A stretch of DNA of 64,000 bases from Minisyncoccia bacterium (GTDB lineage Bacteria > Patescibacteriota > Minisyncoccia > Phycocordibacterales > Zambryskibacteraceae): assembly GCA_041742965.1 (NCBI GenBank), contig JBGTNQ010000004.1:716-64715 (forward strand). Reading direction: 5' to 3'. Positions 38,946-48,325 of this stretch are shown piece after piece. Position numbers and translations under genes: made by a program. How positions within the stretch are numbered: the stretch's first letter is position 1; the number at the start of each line of letters is the position of its first letter. Under the pieces are notes generated by a model, which was given only the letters and a program-made list of their open reading frames with translations, made no database searches and was not told the origin of the DNA.

Positions 38946-40430
38946 CTAACTAACAGACTTTGTGTTAATTTTTTGATACAAGAAAAATAGAAGACAACTG
39001 AGGTACAGAAACACCAATAATCCGACGGGAACGGCGCCGAAAGACAGAGCGCTTAGTGGTAAATTGGCGAAAAAAGTAGATACAAAAACAATATAAGCGA
39101 GGAACAAATATGATATGAATCCCGGAATTATAGCTAGAGCTCCAGAGATTAAACTTAAAATTCCCGTGACGAACCCCAGAAACATAACTAGAGGAACGAT
39201 GGGCAAAACAATTAAATTTACAATAAACCCCGATATTGAAACTGTTCCTATAGCGTAAAGCAAGAGTGGTAAAACAAAAAGCTGGGTAGACAAGGTGGCA
39301 GAAGCAATATCTCGCAGACCAAACTTCTCTGGTATCAGAGAAAACCTCTTTTCAAAAATGGGAGCTATCCAAATAATAGCGACAGTGGCTAGGAAAGAAA
39401 GTTGGAAACCTAAATCAAAAGCCAGCACAAAAGGGTTCCATAAAACCATCACAAACAGAGCAATCAAAAGTGAGCGAGATACAGCATATGTTCTGTGAGT
39501 AAAACGCGCCACAAGAACCAATAGGGCCATTAGAGATGCTCTCACCACAGAAGGTCCCGCACCAACCATAATTGCAAACAACACTATCCCCAAAGCACTA
39601 AAAACAAGGGCTCTTTTACGAGACAAAAAAGAAAGTGTCTTCATCACCGCTTCTGCTACGAGGGTGATGTTGTAACCAGAAAGAACGATGATATGAATAA
39701 TGCCCACAATCCTGAAAGCATCTAAAAGGTCGTCCCCCAGAGATTCTTCACTACCCAAGAGAATGCCAGCGAGTAAGGATGATTCTGGATCTGGTATTGC
39801 CCTTTCTATCGCCCCAATGAAAACATTTTTGCCAGTGAAAAGCGCCCTGCGTAAAGAAAAAGCGGATTGGCCAGCCTTGTCAGTAGTAGCGAAAGATAGA
39901 ATAAAATGTACACCCTCTTTCCTCAAATATTTTTCATAATCAAAAACTCTGCCACCCTCTGTCTCAAATGGTTCTGGGCGATTGAGTGTTCCGCGAACAA
40001 TAAGCTTGTCACCATAGAAAAACTCTGGAAACATATCCGCCCTCACAAGCATTCTTTCACCGGAATTTGTCTCCACTAAATATTCTCTATAAGACGCCCT
40101 CTCCCTGGGCTCTTTGACAACTTTGCCAACAACAGAGATCTTTTCACCAGAAAGTTCAACCAAAATTTGGTTGATTGGTTTATCTACCGATATGAAACGC
40201 AATACACCAAACCCATAACAAAGTAAAAAAATAGATGCTAAAAAAAATATTTCTCGAAAATATTTATCAGGAATAGAGCGCCAAGAATACAATAGTGTCA
40301 GAACCCCGAGGAAGACTGCGAACACTCCGAAGGGTATTGAAGCAAAGCCAAACGAGGCACACCAAACGCCGACACAAAATCCGATAACAAAAGAAAATAT
40401 CCAAAATCTCTTTAATGGATTTTCTTCCAT
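38946..40430 (-). CDS. ComEC/Rec2-like DNA-uptake channel membrane domain (no MBL domain)
   Basis: 494 aa. N-terminal DUF4131-like region plus a polytopic Competence-domain-like core. Confidence 0.55.
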   Translation of the reverse strand: MEENPLKRFWIFSFVIGFCVGVWCASFGFASIPFGVFAVFLGVLTLLYSWRSIPDKYFREIFFLASIFLLCYGFGVLRFISVDKPINQILVELSGEKISVVGKVVKEPRERASYREYLVETNSGERMLVRADMFPEFFYGDKLIVRGTLNRPEPFETEGGRVFDYEKYLRKEGVHFILSFATTDKAGQSAFSLRRALFTGKNVFIGAIERAIPDPESSLLAGILLGSEESLGDDLLDAFRIVGIIHIIVLSGYNITLVAEAVMKTLSFLSRKRALVFSALGIVLFAIMVGAGPSVVRASLMALLVLVARFTHRTYAVSRSLLIALFVMVLWNPFVLAFDLGFQLSFLATVAIIWIAPIFEKRFSLIPEKFGLRDIASATLSTQLFVLPLLLYAIGTVSISGFIVNLIVLPIVPLVMFLGFVTGILSLISGALAIIPGFISYLFLAYIVFVSTFFANLPLSALSFGAVPVGLLVFLYLSCLLFFLYQKINTKSVS

Positions 40431-41164
40431 ATAGAAATAAGTTGCTTCTCTTCTTCAGGAGAAAAAGATTTTTTAAACTTAGCTCCGGAAACACCTTTGA
40501 CTCTTTTTTCGCATTCCGCCCAAGTTGCGTGGGTCTTGGCTACTCCTTTAACGAAGCTTACATAGGAATATGCTTTGGAAGAGCTCTTAACTTTCGACTT
40601 ACGGCTTATAGCTTTTGTACTAGAAGATACAGAGAGACTAACTTTATAATCCTTTAATGGGCCGGAAAAAAGCTTTGGAGTTTCGCCATCAGCGAAAGCG
40701 GTGGCTATTTCATCACAGCGCTCGTTGGCTGGAATCCCAGAATGGCCTTTGAGCAAATGCCAGTCTATTTTTAGACCGTCACTTACTTTTAGAAATTTTT
40801 CCCACAGATCTTGATTGAGTACTGGCTGTTTTGTTTTTGTCTTCCAATTATTTTTCTGCCAGCCAGTGACCCACTCTTTGGCACCCTTTAGTACATAGGA
40901 GGAGTCGGTGTTGATAACAATTTTCAATTTTCTATTTTCAATTTTCAAAGTTGCCCGCAGGGCTTCTATTACTGCGGCGAGTTCCATTCGGTTGTTTGTC
41001 GTATTTGATTCTCTTCCCCCTAACTCTATTACTTCTCCTTTCGTCTTTCGTCTTTCGTCTTTCAAAATCGTAGTTTTTTCATCAGAAAAAACTACGATTG
41101 CCCCCCACCCCCCTCTCCCCGGATTCCCCCGTGAAGCTCCGTCAGTAAAAATAGTTATATTCAT
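40412..41164 (-). CDS. rnhA: Ribonuclease HI with C-terminal hybrid-binding (Cauli_VI-like) domain
   Basis: MNITIFTDGASRGNPG ... NNRMEL ... TDSSYV ... KGHSG. C-terminal YSYVSFVKGVAKTHATWAECEKRVKGVSGAKFKKSFSPEEEKQ. Start moved to ATG 41164. Internal tandem ctttcgt repeats at 41036-41064. Confidence 0.7.
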   Translation of the reverse strand: MNITIFTDGASRGNPGRGGWGAIVVFSDEKTTILKDERRKTKGEVIELGGRESNTTNNRMELAAVIEALRATLKIENRKLKIVINTDSSYVLKGAKEWVTGWQKNNWKTKTKQPVLNQDLWEKFLKVSDGLKIDWHLLKGHSGIPANERCDEIATAFADGETPKLFSGPLKDYKVSLSVSSSTKAISRKSKVKSSSKAYSYVSFVKGVAKTHATWAECEKRVKGVSGAKFKKSFSPEEEKQLISIWKKIH

Positions 41165-41180
41165 AATGCAAATATTATAA

Positions 41181-41213
41181 ACGAAAACCGCCCCAACATC
41201 ACTGTCGGGGCGG
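41181..41213 (-). terminator. Rho-independent terminator after the cassette E ORF
   Basis: ccgcccc-12 nt-ggggcgg, with T-run on the minus strand. Confidence 0.5.
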
Positions 41214-41265
41214 GGACCTAGGCCCAAAGAATCCAAGTCGGACCCCAGAGACTTAGGGTTAAAGT

Positions 41266-41619
41266 TTACCTTGCGAGAAGTGCGGGGGAGCCCAGGCTGC
41301 AACGGGCACCGAGCCAGCTCCAACGCACGAGGATATCACCATCATGGGCCGTCCAGGAAAGTACCGGGACGTAGTAGATACCGTGGAAGTCCTGAACGCT
41401 TCGCCACAGAACAGGATATACCTTCCTCAGTTCCTCCGGATAGGTACTCGGATGGTTAAACCATCCTTCGACCTGCTCGCTCACAAGCGAGAGAGCCCGA
41501 TCGATGAAGCCCGTTTCCCTCAGATGCGCGCAGAGGTCGAAACCTATGATGTCATCAGTGCCCTGATTCTTGTGACTGTAGAGCTCGTAGCTTACCGCCC
41601 GGCTTTCGATTTTCAACAT
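41266..41619 (-). CDS. Hypothetical protein, GC-rich cassette E
   Basis: 117 aa from MLKIESRAV. SD GGAG 6 nt before ATG. GC about 52%. No family recognised. The longer tracked ORF would begin inside the structured leader. Confidence 0.4.
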   Translation of the reverse strand: MLKIESRAVSYELYSHKNQGTDDIIGFDLCAHLRETGFIDRALSLVSEQVEGWFNHPSTYPEELRKVYPVLWRSVQDFHGIYYVPVLSWTAHDGDILVRWSWLGARCSLGSPALLAR

Positions 41620-41785
41620 AGTGTTCTCCTTGGGCTTCGTTGCCCGTAGAAATTGTCCTCTCACCCGAGGTGGGGAAGACTTTGGTAAGTCATAGCCAGG
41701 AGACACCGTCCACCAACTGTCGGACAGAATCTTTTGGCTATGACTACCTTTTCGCAAGTAATGTTGCAACGTACTATCTGTACCT

Positions 41786-41815
41786 ATTATACCATACTTC
41801 ATACTAAAAAGTCAA
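41786..41815 (-). promoter_or_regulatory. Strong sigma70-like promoter for cassette E. -35 TTGACT, 18-nt spacer, -10 TATAAT.
   Basis: Plus-strand agtcaa at 41810-41815 and attata at 41786-41791. About 160-nt leader containing an 11-bp inverted repeat (41686-41696 and 41735-41744). Confidence 0.5.
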
Positions 41816-41837
41816 GTATTTTATTGCTTTTTATTCA

Positions 41838-41864
41838 GAAAATGGCCCTAACAGGCCATTTTAT
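41838..41864. terminator. Intrinsic terminator after recJ
   Basis: aatggcc-ctaaca-ggccatt, flanked by A and T runs. Confidence 0.45.
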
Positions 41865-41894
41865 TCCTCATTCCTTATTCCCCCTTCCTTCCCT

Positions 41895-43616
41895 TTAGAC
41901 TATATCCACAATCCTCAAGCGTAGTTCTGGATAAGACCGGAATGTGGACTTTTCAAGAGTTGCTAATACATTCACCTTTTTGCCATTTTCTGGAACAGTA
42001 GAATATTTTTCTGGTTTAGTGAAAAAAGATATAGCTTTCAACGGTTTTCCTTTTCTGTCAAAAGAGATCTCCATATGATTCTTCTCCTTACCAAATTGTT
42101 TTACCTCTTTTATCTCTGCATTCGTAATACTAAAAATGGGTTTCGGATTCCCAATACCAAATGGAGCCAAGCGCTCAATGTGTCTATACATATCCCAATC
42201 AATATCATTAACAGAAACTTCGCCATCAACAAACACAGGCTCAAGAGCCGAAGCTTCTGGCAGAGAAGCAAAGGCTTCGTTTAAAACAGCTTCAAGTGTG
42301 TGTATTTTTTCACTAGAGACTTCGAAACCTCCGGCCATTTTGTGCCCACCAAACTGCACGAATGCCTCTTTAACCGTCTCCATAAGTAAAACCATATCCG
42401 TCAAACCTTCGGACCGACAAGAACCCTTGAGCAGAGAATCGCCGTTTCTTCCCCAGAGAAAAATCGGATGAGGAAAATCGTCCAAAACACTGTTGGCGGC
42501 GAGCCCTAGAAGAGAGGGCTTCCATTCTGGATTACCAAGGACCAAAACTTTTGGCAATTCGTCTGAGAGTTCTCTTTCCCGAATATGTTTTTTTATTTCT
42601 TTAACCAGAGAAGCCACCACGCCCTTTCTCTCGTCATTTATTTTATCCAAATGCTCACTTGCCACACCCGCTTCTACCAAATCACTAGTCTTTAAGAGTC
42701 TAAAAGCGTCGTCGGGTTTGCCCATACGCGAAGCGGCGTTTATGCGGGGGGCTAAAGAGAAACCAATATCGTCTTCTGTGATATATCTCTGGTCAACACC
42801 AAGTTTTTTCCAAATCTGCTGAAGTCCAGGACGAGGAGATTTGCGAAGGACTCTGAGCCCATAGTGAGCCAGAGCTCGATTTTCTCCGACAAGTGGCACC
42901 ATATCCGAAAGAGTGGCCATACCCACTAAGTCTAGTAGCCACTTTTCATGCCCTTCTTTCAGGTCAAAACGGTTTTTCTCCAAAATACCTTGAATCAATT
43001 TGAAAGCAACACCAGAACCACAGAGAATTTTTTCTGGGTAGGTGCAATCTTTTTGCTTTGGATTAACGATTGCGTACGCGGGAGGTAAAACTTCTCCTGG
43101 TTCATGATGATCTGTGACAATAACATCAATACCAAGTTCTTGAGCCCTCTTTACTTGCTCAATGTCAGTGATACCGCAATCAATAGTTATTAGAAGTTCA
43201 ATGCCATTTTCTTTAAATGTCTCTACTGCCGAAAGATGGAGACCATACCCTTCATCATGCCTATGAGGAATATAGTTGTCTGCATTTTTGAAACCGATTT
43301 TTTCAAAAAAATCTCGGAGCATTACTCCCCCAGGAATGCCATCTGCATCATAGTCACTGTATATGAGAATCTTTTGATCTTTTTCTATGGCCTCAAGAAT
43401 ACGAGAAACAGCCCGCTCCATCCCCTTTAGTAAAAATGGGTTGTGGAGATCTAATTCATAATCTGGGTTTAAGAACTTTTCCGCCAAAGTAGGCGTGTTG
43501 TGTCCACGATAATACAGAAGTTTTCTCAACAGAGGGTGGTATGAGGAGAGGGTGTCGTCAATTTCTTTTGGAATTGGGGGTTGGGCCTGGTATTCTTTCC
43601 TCGACATAAAAAGCAT
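41895..43616 (-). CDS. recJ: Single-stranded-DNA-specific exonuclease RecJ
   Basis: DHH motifs: DYDADGI, VTDHHEP. DHHA1 domain. 573 aa. Confidence 0.85.
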   Translation of the reverse strand: MLFMSRKEYQAQPPIPKEIDDTLSSYHPLLRKLLYYRGHNTPTLAEKFLNPDYELDLHNPFLLKGMERAVSRILEAIEKDQKILIYSDYDADGIPGGVMLRDFFEKIGFKNADNYIPHRHDEGYGLHLSAVETFKENGIELLITIDCGITDIEQVKRAQELGIDVIVTDHHEPGEVLPPAYAIVNPKQKDCTYPEKILCGSGVAFKLIQGILEKNRFDLKEGHEKWLLDLVGMATLSDMVPLVGENRALAHYGLRVLRKSPRPGLQQIWKKLGVDQRYITEDDIGFSLAPRINAASRMGKPDDAFRLLKTSDLVEAGVASEHLDKINDERKGVVASLVKEIKKHIRERELSDELPKVLVLGNPEWKPSLLGLAANSVLDDFPHPIFLWGRNGDSLLKGSCRSEGLTDMVLLMETVKEAFVQFGGHKMAGGFEVSSEKIHTLEAVLNEAFASLPEASALEPVFVDGEVSVNDIDWDMYRHIERLAPFGIGNPKPIFSITNAEIKEVKQFGKEKNHMEISFDRKGKPLKAISFFTKPEKYSTVPENGKKVNVLATLEKSTFRSYPELRLRIVDIV

Positions 43617-43696
43617 TGTATCACCCCGAAAGAATTTTTTGTAAAAAAATAAGTGGTATAATGCTGTTTAATTAGAGTTTAATTTCTATTAGTCCA

Positions 43697-44146
43697 ATGA
43701 ATAAAGGTAAAAATTCAAACGGGGCAGGTGTTTCAACGGAGGACTGCATATTTTGTAAAATCATTGATAAAAAGATTCCAGCTGAGATCGTTTATGAAAA
43801 CGATACAATATTGGCCTTTCTTGATATAAACCCAGTAAATGAAGGGCATACTCTAATCATACCCAAAGACCACTATCCTCAGATGACAGATGTACCTAGT
43901 GAGACTTTGGGGGAAATATTTGGATATGCCAAGGAAATGATGTCTAAAATAAAAGAAGCTGTGAATGCTGATTTTGTGGCCTTAACGGTGGTTGGCACAG
44001 ATGTCTCCCACTTTCATATTCACCTAGTACCAAGAATGAATAATGACGGACTTGCTGGTTTTTGGCCAACAAAAAAATATGAGAGTGACGAAAAAAAGAA
44101 AGAAGTTGGAGAGAAAATTCGCCGACAACTTGAGAAAAAGGGCTAA
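43697..44146 (+). CDS. HIT-family (histidine triad) hydrolase
   Basis: CIFCKII ... HFHIHLVPR histidine triad. Confidence 0.8.
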   Translation: MNKGKNSNGAGVSTEDCIFCKIIDKKIPAEIVYENDTILAFLDINPVNEGHTLIIPKDHYPQMTDVPSETLGEIFGYAKEMMSKIKEAVNADFVALTVVGTDVSHFHIHLVPRMNNDGLAGFWPTKKYESDEKKKEVGEKIRRQLEKKG

Positions 44147-44205
44147 AAGTGTATACTCTTGGCAGAAATTGAACTTGACTCTGACCCTGTCACGAAAGGA
44201 ATCAT

Positions 44206-44427
44206 ATGCGTTCTTTCTCGGAGCTGGTATTTCTGGCCATCGTCTTTACCGCAGGAGTGGCCATGATTGTAGTACCGCTGTCCCAAAGCATGGATTATTA
44301 CACCGTCGTAACCCTGGGTGTAATATTCGTGGTCGTTTCGACCATTGAATTCACGATTCACCTAGGTAATCTAACAATCAGAGGCCTCCGGTCTCTGATT
44401 CGCCGTCCACCCTCACGAACTTCGTGA
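44206..44427 (+). CDS. Small 2-TM membrane protein, GC-rich cassette F
   Basis: 73 aa. SD AAAGGAA before ATG. GC about 50%. Terminator overlaps the 3' end. Confidence 0.35.
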   Translation: MRSFSELVFLAIVFTAGVAMIVVPLSQSMDYYTVVTLGVIFVVVSTIEFTIHLGNLTIRGLRSLIRRPPSRTS

Positions 44428-44441
44428 GGGTGGTTTACTTT
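44407..44441 (+). terminator. Rho-independent terminator
   Basis: ccaccctcacgaa-c-ttcgtgagggtgg then TTTACTTT. Confidence 0.5.
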
Positions 44442-44446
44442 AAGAA

Positions 44447-45550
44447 CTAACCATTTAGAGCATTAATGCCCGGAACAGTCTCATTTGCTAGAAAATCCAA
44501 CATCGCTCCACCCGCAGTAGATACAAAAGAAAATTTATCTTCTACATGAAGCTCTGCAATAGAAGCCACCGTATCACCACCACCAACTATGGACATAGCG
44601 CTAGAATCAGCAATTATTTTGGCGAGAGACATTGTACTTTCCTTAAATCCTCGCTCATAGTTTCCAAGCGGTCCATTCCAAAGAATAAATTTTGAGGAAG
44701 AAACTCTATCTCTTAACAGAGCTATGGATTCAGGACCAACATCAGATATTGTATCTTCGGGAAGAACATCCTCCACTTTTTTTACAATAGACTTGCCTCC
44801 ATTTTCTACAATCACATCAATCGGTAAAATTAGTTTATCGCCCAAAAAATCTGTCAAATCTGTCTCTATCTCTGAAAGAAGAGAATGTCCTGTATTTAAG
44901 CCCTTAGCCCTAAAAAAATCATTTGCTAGTGCTCCACCTATAAATATATAGTCTGCAAGATTAAAAAATTTCCTAACTAATGGAAGTTTTGTATCAAACT
45001 TTGCTCCGCCAAGAACGAAAAGAAAGGGGTGCTCTGGATTAAAAGCGCGAGCAAGTTCACTGGTTTCTCTTTCAAAAACTGGACCTGCGAAAGAAGAAAT
45101 ATATTTCGGAATACCAACAATAGAAGCGTGCTCTCTATGAGAAACTGGGAAAGCTTCGTTAATATATAAATCTGCAAAACTAGCAAGATGTTTAGAAAAG
45201 TCCTCATCATTTTTAACCTCACCATCATATTGCCTTAAATTTTCAAGGAGGATAATCTTAGATTCGGAAAAATCAAATTCGGGAGTCTCTGGAAAATAAT
45301 TTTCAACGAAAGAAATTTTGTATCTATCTTTTAAATATTTAAATATTGGACGAAGAGTTTTGTCTCCGCCTTCTATATGGCTTGCCAATATTATTTTTGC
45401 CCTAGCATTCAATAGAAAATCTATCAATTCAAAAGATTTTATAAGACGAAAATCGTCTCCAACAGCACCATCTACAATGGGCACATTGAAGTCAGAACGC
45501 ACAAAGACAATCTTGCCTTCCAATTCATTTATATCTTTAATGGTCTTCAT
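44447..45550 (-). CDS. pgk: Phosphoglycerate kinase
   Basis: VRSDFNVPI ... ILASH ... GGGDTVASI. Confidence 0.8.
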   Translation of the reverse strand: MKTIKDINELEGKIVFVRSDFNVPIVDGAVGDDFRLIKSFELIDFLLNARAKIILASHIEGGDKTLRPIFKYLKDRYKISFVENYFPETPEFDFSESKIILLENLRQYDGEVKNDEDFSKHLASFADLYINEAFPVSHREHASIVGIPKYISSFAGPVFERETSELARAFNPEHPFLFVLGGAKFDTKLPLVRKFFNLADYIFIGGALANDFFRAKGLNTGHSLLSEIETDLTDFLGDKLILPIDVIVENGGKSIVKKVEDVLPEDTISDVGPESIALLRDRVSSSKFILWNGPLGNYERGFKESTMSLAKIIADSSAMSIVGGGDTVASIAELHVEDKFSFVSTAGGAMLDFLANETVPGINALNG

Positions 45551-45551
45551 A

Positions 45552-46307
45552 CTACAGACTGTCTACTATTTTCAAAATAGGATTAAATGTCTCTGCTTTC
45601 AAACTTGCGCCACCAATAAGGAAGCCCTTAACCTCACCGTTCAGTATCAAGTCTGATGCATTTTCTTCTTTTACAGAACCGCCATATATTATTTTTACTT
45701 TTAGAGATAACTCCCGACCATACATTTCACCTAAAATCTTTTGGATATAGAGGACTGTCTCATGAAGTTTCGTAGCATTCATAGCATCTTTGGCCTCCTT
45801 GCCTATGGCCCATATGGGCTCATAAGCGATAATAACTTTTTGAAAATCGGAACGAATAACACTCTTAAATGCTGACTTAATTTGATTCGAGAGAAAGGAA
45901 AGATACGCACCAGAAGAATCGTGATCTTTTTCACCTATACAAACAATTGGCACCATCTTCTCTCGTAAAACAGCTTTGACTTTTTTATTCACCATCTCAT
46001 CTGTCTCTCCTAAGGCACGCCTTTCTGAGTGTCCAACTATCACATGGCTTACTCCCAAAGAGCTTACCTGAGCAGGACTTACGAAACCAGTAAAAGCTCC
46101 CTTAGTGTCCCAAAAGACATCTTGGGCCCCGAGAAAAACATTTTTTGGTAAAGAGACTAGAGGTATGTGTGTAAACGATGGTGCAATAACTACATCTGTT
46201 TTTTTAAGCTTGGTAGCAATTTTTGATATCCCCCTTGAGGCAGTCTTGGCTTCTACTACTGAGATGGGATTCATCTTCCAATTTGCAATAATAATTCTCT
46301 TAACCAT
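45552..46307 (-). CDS. tpiA: Triosephosphate isomerase
   Basis: IANWKMN, VGHSERR, catalytic GGS/E region. Confidence 0.88.
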   Translation of the reverse strand: MVKRIIIANWKMNPISVVEAKTASRGISKIATKLKKTDVVIAPSFTHIPLVSLPKNVFLGAQDVFWDTKGAFTGFVSPAQVSSLGVSHVIVGHSERRALGETDEMVNKKVKAVLREKMVPIVCIGEKDHDSSGAYLSFLSNQIKSAFKSVIRSDFQKVIIAYEPIWAIGKEAKDAMNATKLHETVLYIQKILGEMYGRELSLKVKIIYGGSVKEENASDLILNGEVKGFLIGGASLKAETFNPILKIVDSL

Positions 46308-46341
46308 AGATAAACATTATATCATCACAAGGAAAGCACTC

Positions 46342-47757
46342 CTACTCAACCTCTTTCCATCTCTTTATCGCCCATTGGCCACCAGGACCAGAAGTAAACA
46401 AAGGTTGGGCAAGACCAACATTATACCGAACTTGAGTGTTATTTCTCAAAGTCAATTTATAAGCCGTGACTTCACGTAAAAGAACATTGTTAGAAAGCTC
46501 AATTTCTCCATAAGGTGCGTAGAGAAGAAGGTTACCAGTCACATTGTTTCCTGCAGATGCAGCGATTACACTACCTCCGGTAGAATTGCTTGTATTTCTC
46601 GAAATAAGCATTACATATGAGTCCGGATTTGCGACCCCGTTTGTTTCTGAACCATAAAATTCCGGATTATTGTTCAAAATTATCCTTCCACCTCCTGTTG
46701 AGTTAGATACTGAGCGCGTTATGAGCGGAACGCTTTTGTTTCCGACCGAATCTGCCACTTTAAACTTTGGATTATTGTTTACCGTTAAGTTTCCATTTAT
46801 CCAAACTGCTCCGGCCAAAAGAACTGTCGTACTATTTCCACTTACAACAACATCACAATCTATTTTTATAGGACCTATAGTCACTGTTCCACTTGTTATT
46901 TGATAAGGACATGGTGTGTTTATTGTCCCGCCAGAAGATGCTGTAGTTTCCCATTGATCCAATAGTGAATCTGGAATAGGCATTGAAACTTCCGGCCTAT
47001 CAGAACTATTGGGGTATGCCGTTCCTGGGGTTAGAGGAGTTGTGCACGGGCTACTTCCTCCACTTGTTGGGCTGTTGAGAAAGGACAGAGAGGAGCTATC
47101 TATCACTTGGTAATAAGCATCTCCACAAATCTTACTTCCTCCTTTTATTTCGCGAGAATAAACAGTACCAGTAGCATTAACGGCGTCCACAAGACCGCTA
47201 GACCCGGCAGAAACAACATCTCCGCGTATTCTAGTGCCACTACTTGTGGACCTAATCCTTCCGCTTGAGTAAACATTGCCAATAACAGAAGAATTGTTAT
47301 GCATTTCTAGGCCCCCAATACCAACTTGAATTGCAAAATTGAAAGAAAAACCATCCGTTACGGTTATGCCCTTTACCACTGTCCTTATGTGGTCATTGGC
47401 ATTGCCTTGAGAAAGAATCTCCTGTTCATTACTACCGATAGTAGAGACCGAGACTTCAGCAGAAGCACCATCTAGAGTCACACTCAGTGGAAAAGAAATA
47501 GGAAGAATTTTTTTTATCCTATAATAGGCGTCTTCCCCGCCAGCTTCAGCTGTAAAATAGCTCTTTTTTGACATTTCCAAATCATTTACTATTTTGAATT
47601 GTTTAATAATCGGAGATGTTAGGCCGATCACAACAGTCGAAGAGATGGCCATAAAAATGATTGAAAGAATTATCAAAGTTTGACCTCGACTACTGCGCCT
47701 CAAGTTAGGGTTATCTTTTCTTAAAAACGGAAATTTTGTGTATTTTTCTTTTTTCAT
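46342..47757 (-). CDS. Large pilus-associated protein with pilin-like hydrophobic N-terminus (minor-pilin/tip-like)
   Basis: N-terminus RRSSRGQTLIILSIIFMAISS. Thr/Ser/Gly/Asn-rich beta-type body. In the T4P cluster. Start moved to 47757 to avoid overlap. Confidence 0.45.
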   Translation of the reverse strand: MKKEKYTKFPFLRKDNPNLRRSSRGQTLIILSIIFMAISSTVVIGLTSPIIKQFKIVNDLEMSKKSYFTAEAGGEDAYYRIKKILPISFPLSVTLDGASAEVSVSTIGSNEQEILSQGNANDHIRTVVKGITVTDGFSFNFAIQVGIGGLEMHNNSSVIGNVYSSGRIRSTSSGTRIRGDVVSAGSSGLVDAVNATGTVYSREIKGGSKICGDAYYQVIDSSSLSFLNSPTSGGSSPCTTPLTPGTAYPNSSDRPEVSMPIPDSLLDQWETTASSGGTINTPCPYQITSGTVTIGPIKIDCDVVVSGNSTTVLLAGAVWINGNLTVNNNPKFKVADSVGNKSVPLITRSVSNSTGGGRIILNNNPEFYGSETNGVANPDSYVMLISRNTSNSTGGSVIAASAGNNVTGNLLLYAPYGEIELSNNVLLREVTAYKLTLRNNTQVRYNVGLAQPLFTSGPGGQWAIKRWKEVE

Positions 47758-47770
47758 TTTGTTCACTTTT

Positions 47771-48325
47771 TTAAGGAGCGTAAGTTCCTCGTAAAACAGC
47801 TGTGGAATAGAATTTTTTTGTTCTAAAACTCTCACCTTGACCGCTCTCTACCGTCATCTCTATTTTTATAGCATGAGATTCATCTGTAATAATCTTTCTG
47901 AAAACCAAACCTGAGACTCTGGCAGAAGACGCTGAGAGCGGTCCGACCAAAACTGATTCCTCTTCGACAAAAATAGTTTCTGAATCTAAATAAAACTCCA
48001 TTACCATTGGAGAGCCCGTATCATTAGTTGTGATCAAAGATATTTTGCCTGGAGAAGAATTGAAAATACTGTCTGTATCCGAAATTGCGATTGAATTCCT
48101 TATTTCTCTGGCCATCATATCCAGAGCAACTTGTGCCGTCGTATCTATAGAAGCAACGGATCTCAACACCCTATATGACTTTGCTACCGAAAAGAGAGAA
48201 CTTGTAACTACAGCCAACACAAGGGATAAAATGAATACATATACTAATATCTCTACCAGAGAAAATCCTGCCTTGTTTTTTACCAAACTTTTTTTTCTAA
48301 TAATTTTCATCATTTTAATTCTCAA
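47771..48325 (-). CDS. Type IV pilin-like protein (pseudopilin)
   Basis: Prepilin motif KAGFSLVEILV. Confidence 0.6.
   Translation of the reverse strand: MRIKMMKIIRKKSLVKNKAGFSLVEILVYVFILSLVLAVVTSSLFSVAKSYRVLRSVASIDTTAQVALDMMAREIRNSIAISDTDSIFNSSPGKISLITTNDTGSPMVMEFYLDSETIFVEEESVLVGPLSASSARVSGLVFRKIITDESHAIKIEMTVESGQGESFRTKKFYSTAVLRGTYAP

Noticed and set aside
41036-41064. ctttcgt tandem repeats and the AGCTTAT repeats considered as a CRISPR array
   Set aside because: Units are 7 nt with no spacers. One set is in-frame coding sequence of rnhA and the other is a simple STR. No cas genes are present.
41266-41802. Long 178-aa form of the cassette E ORF starting at 41802
   Set aside because: The upstream 60 codons lie within the predicted promoter and structured leader, and the SD sits in front of the internal ATG at 41619.
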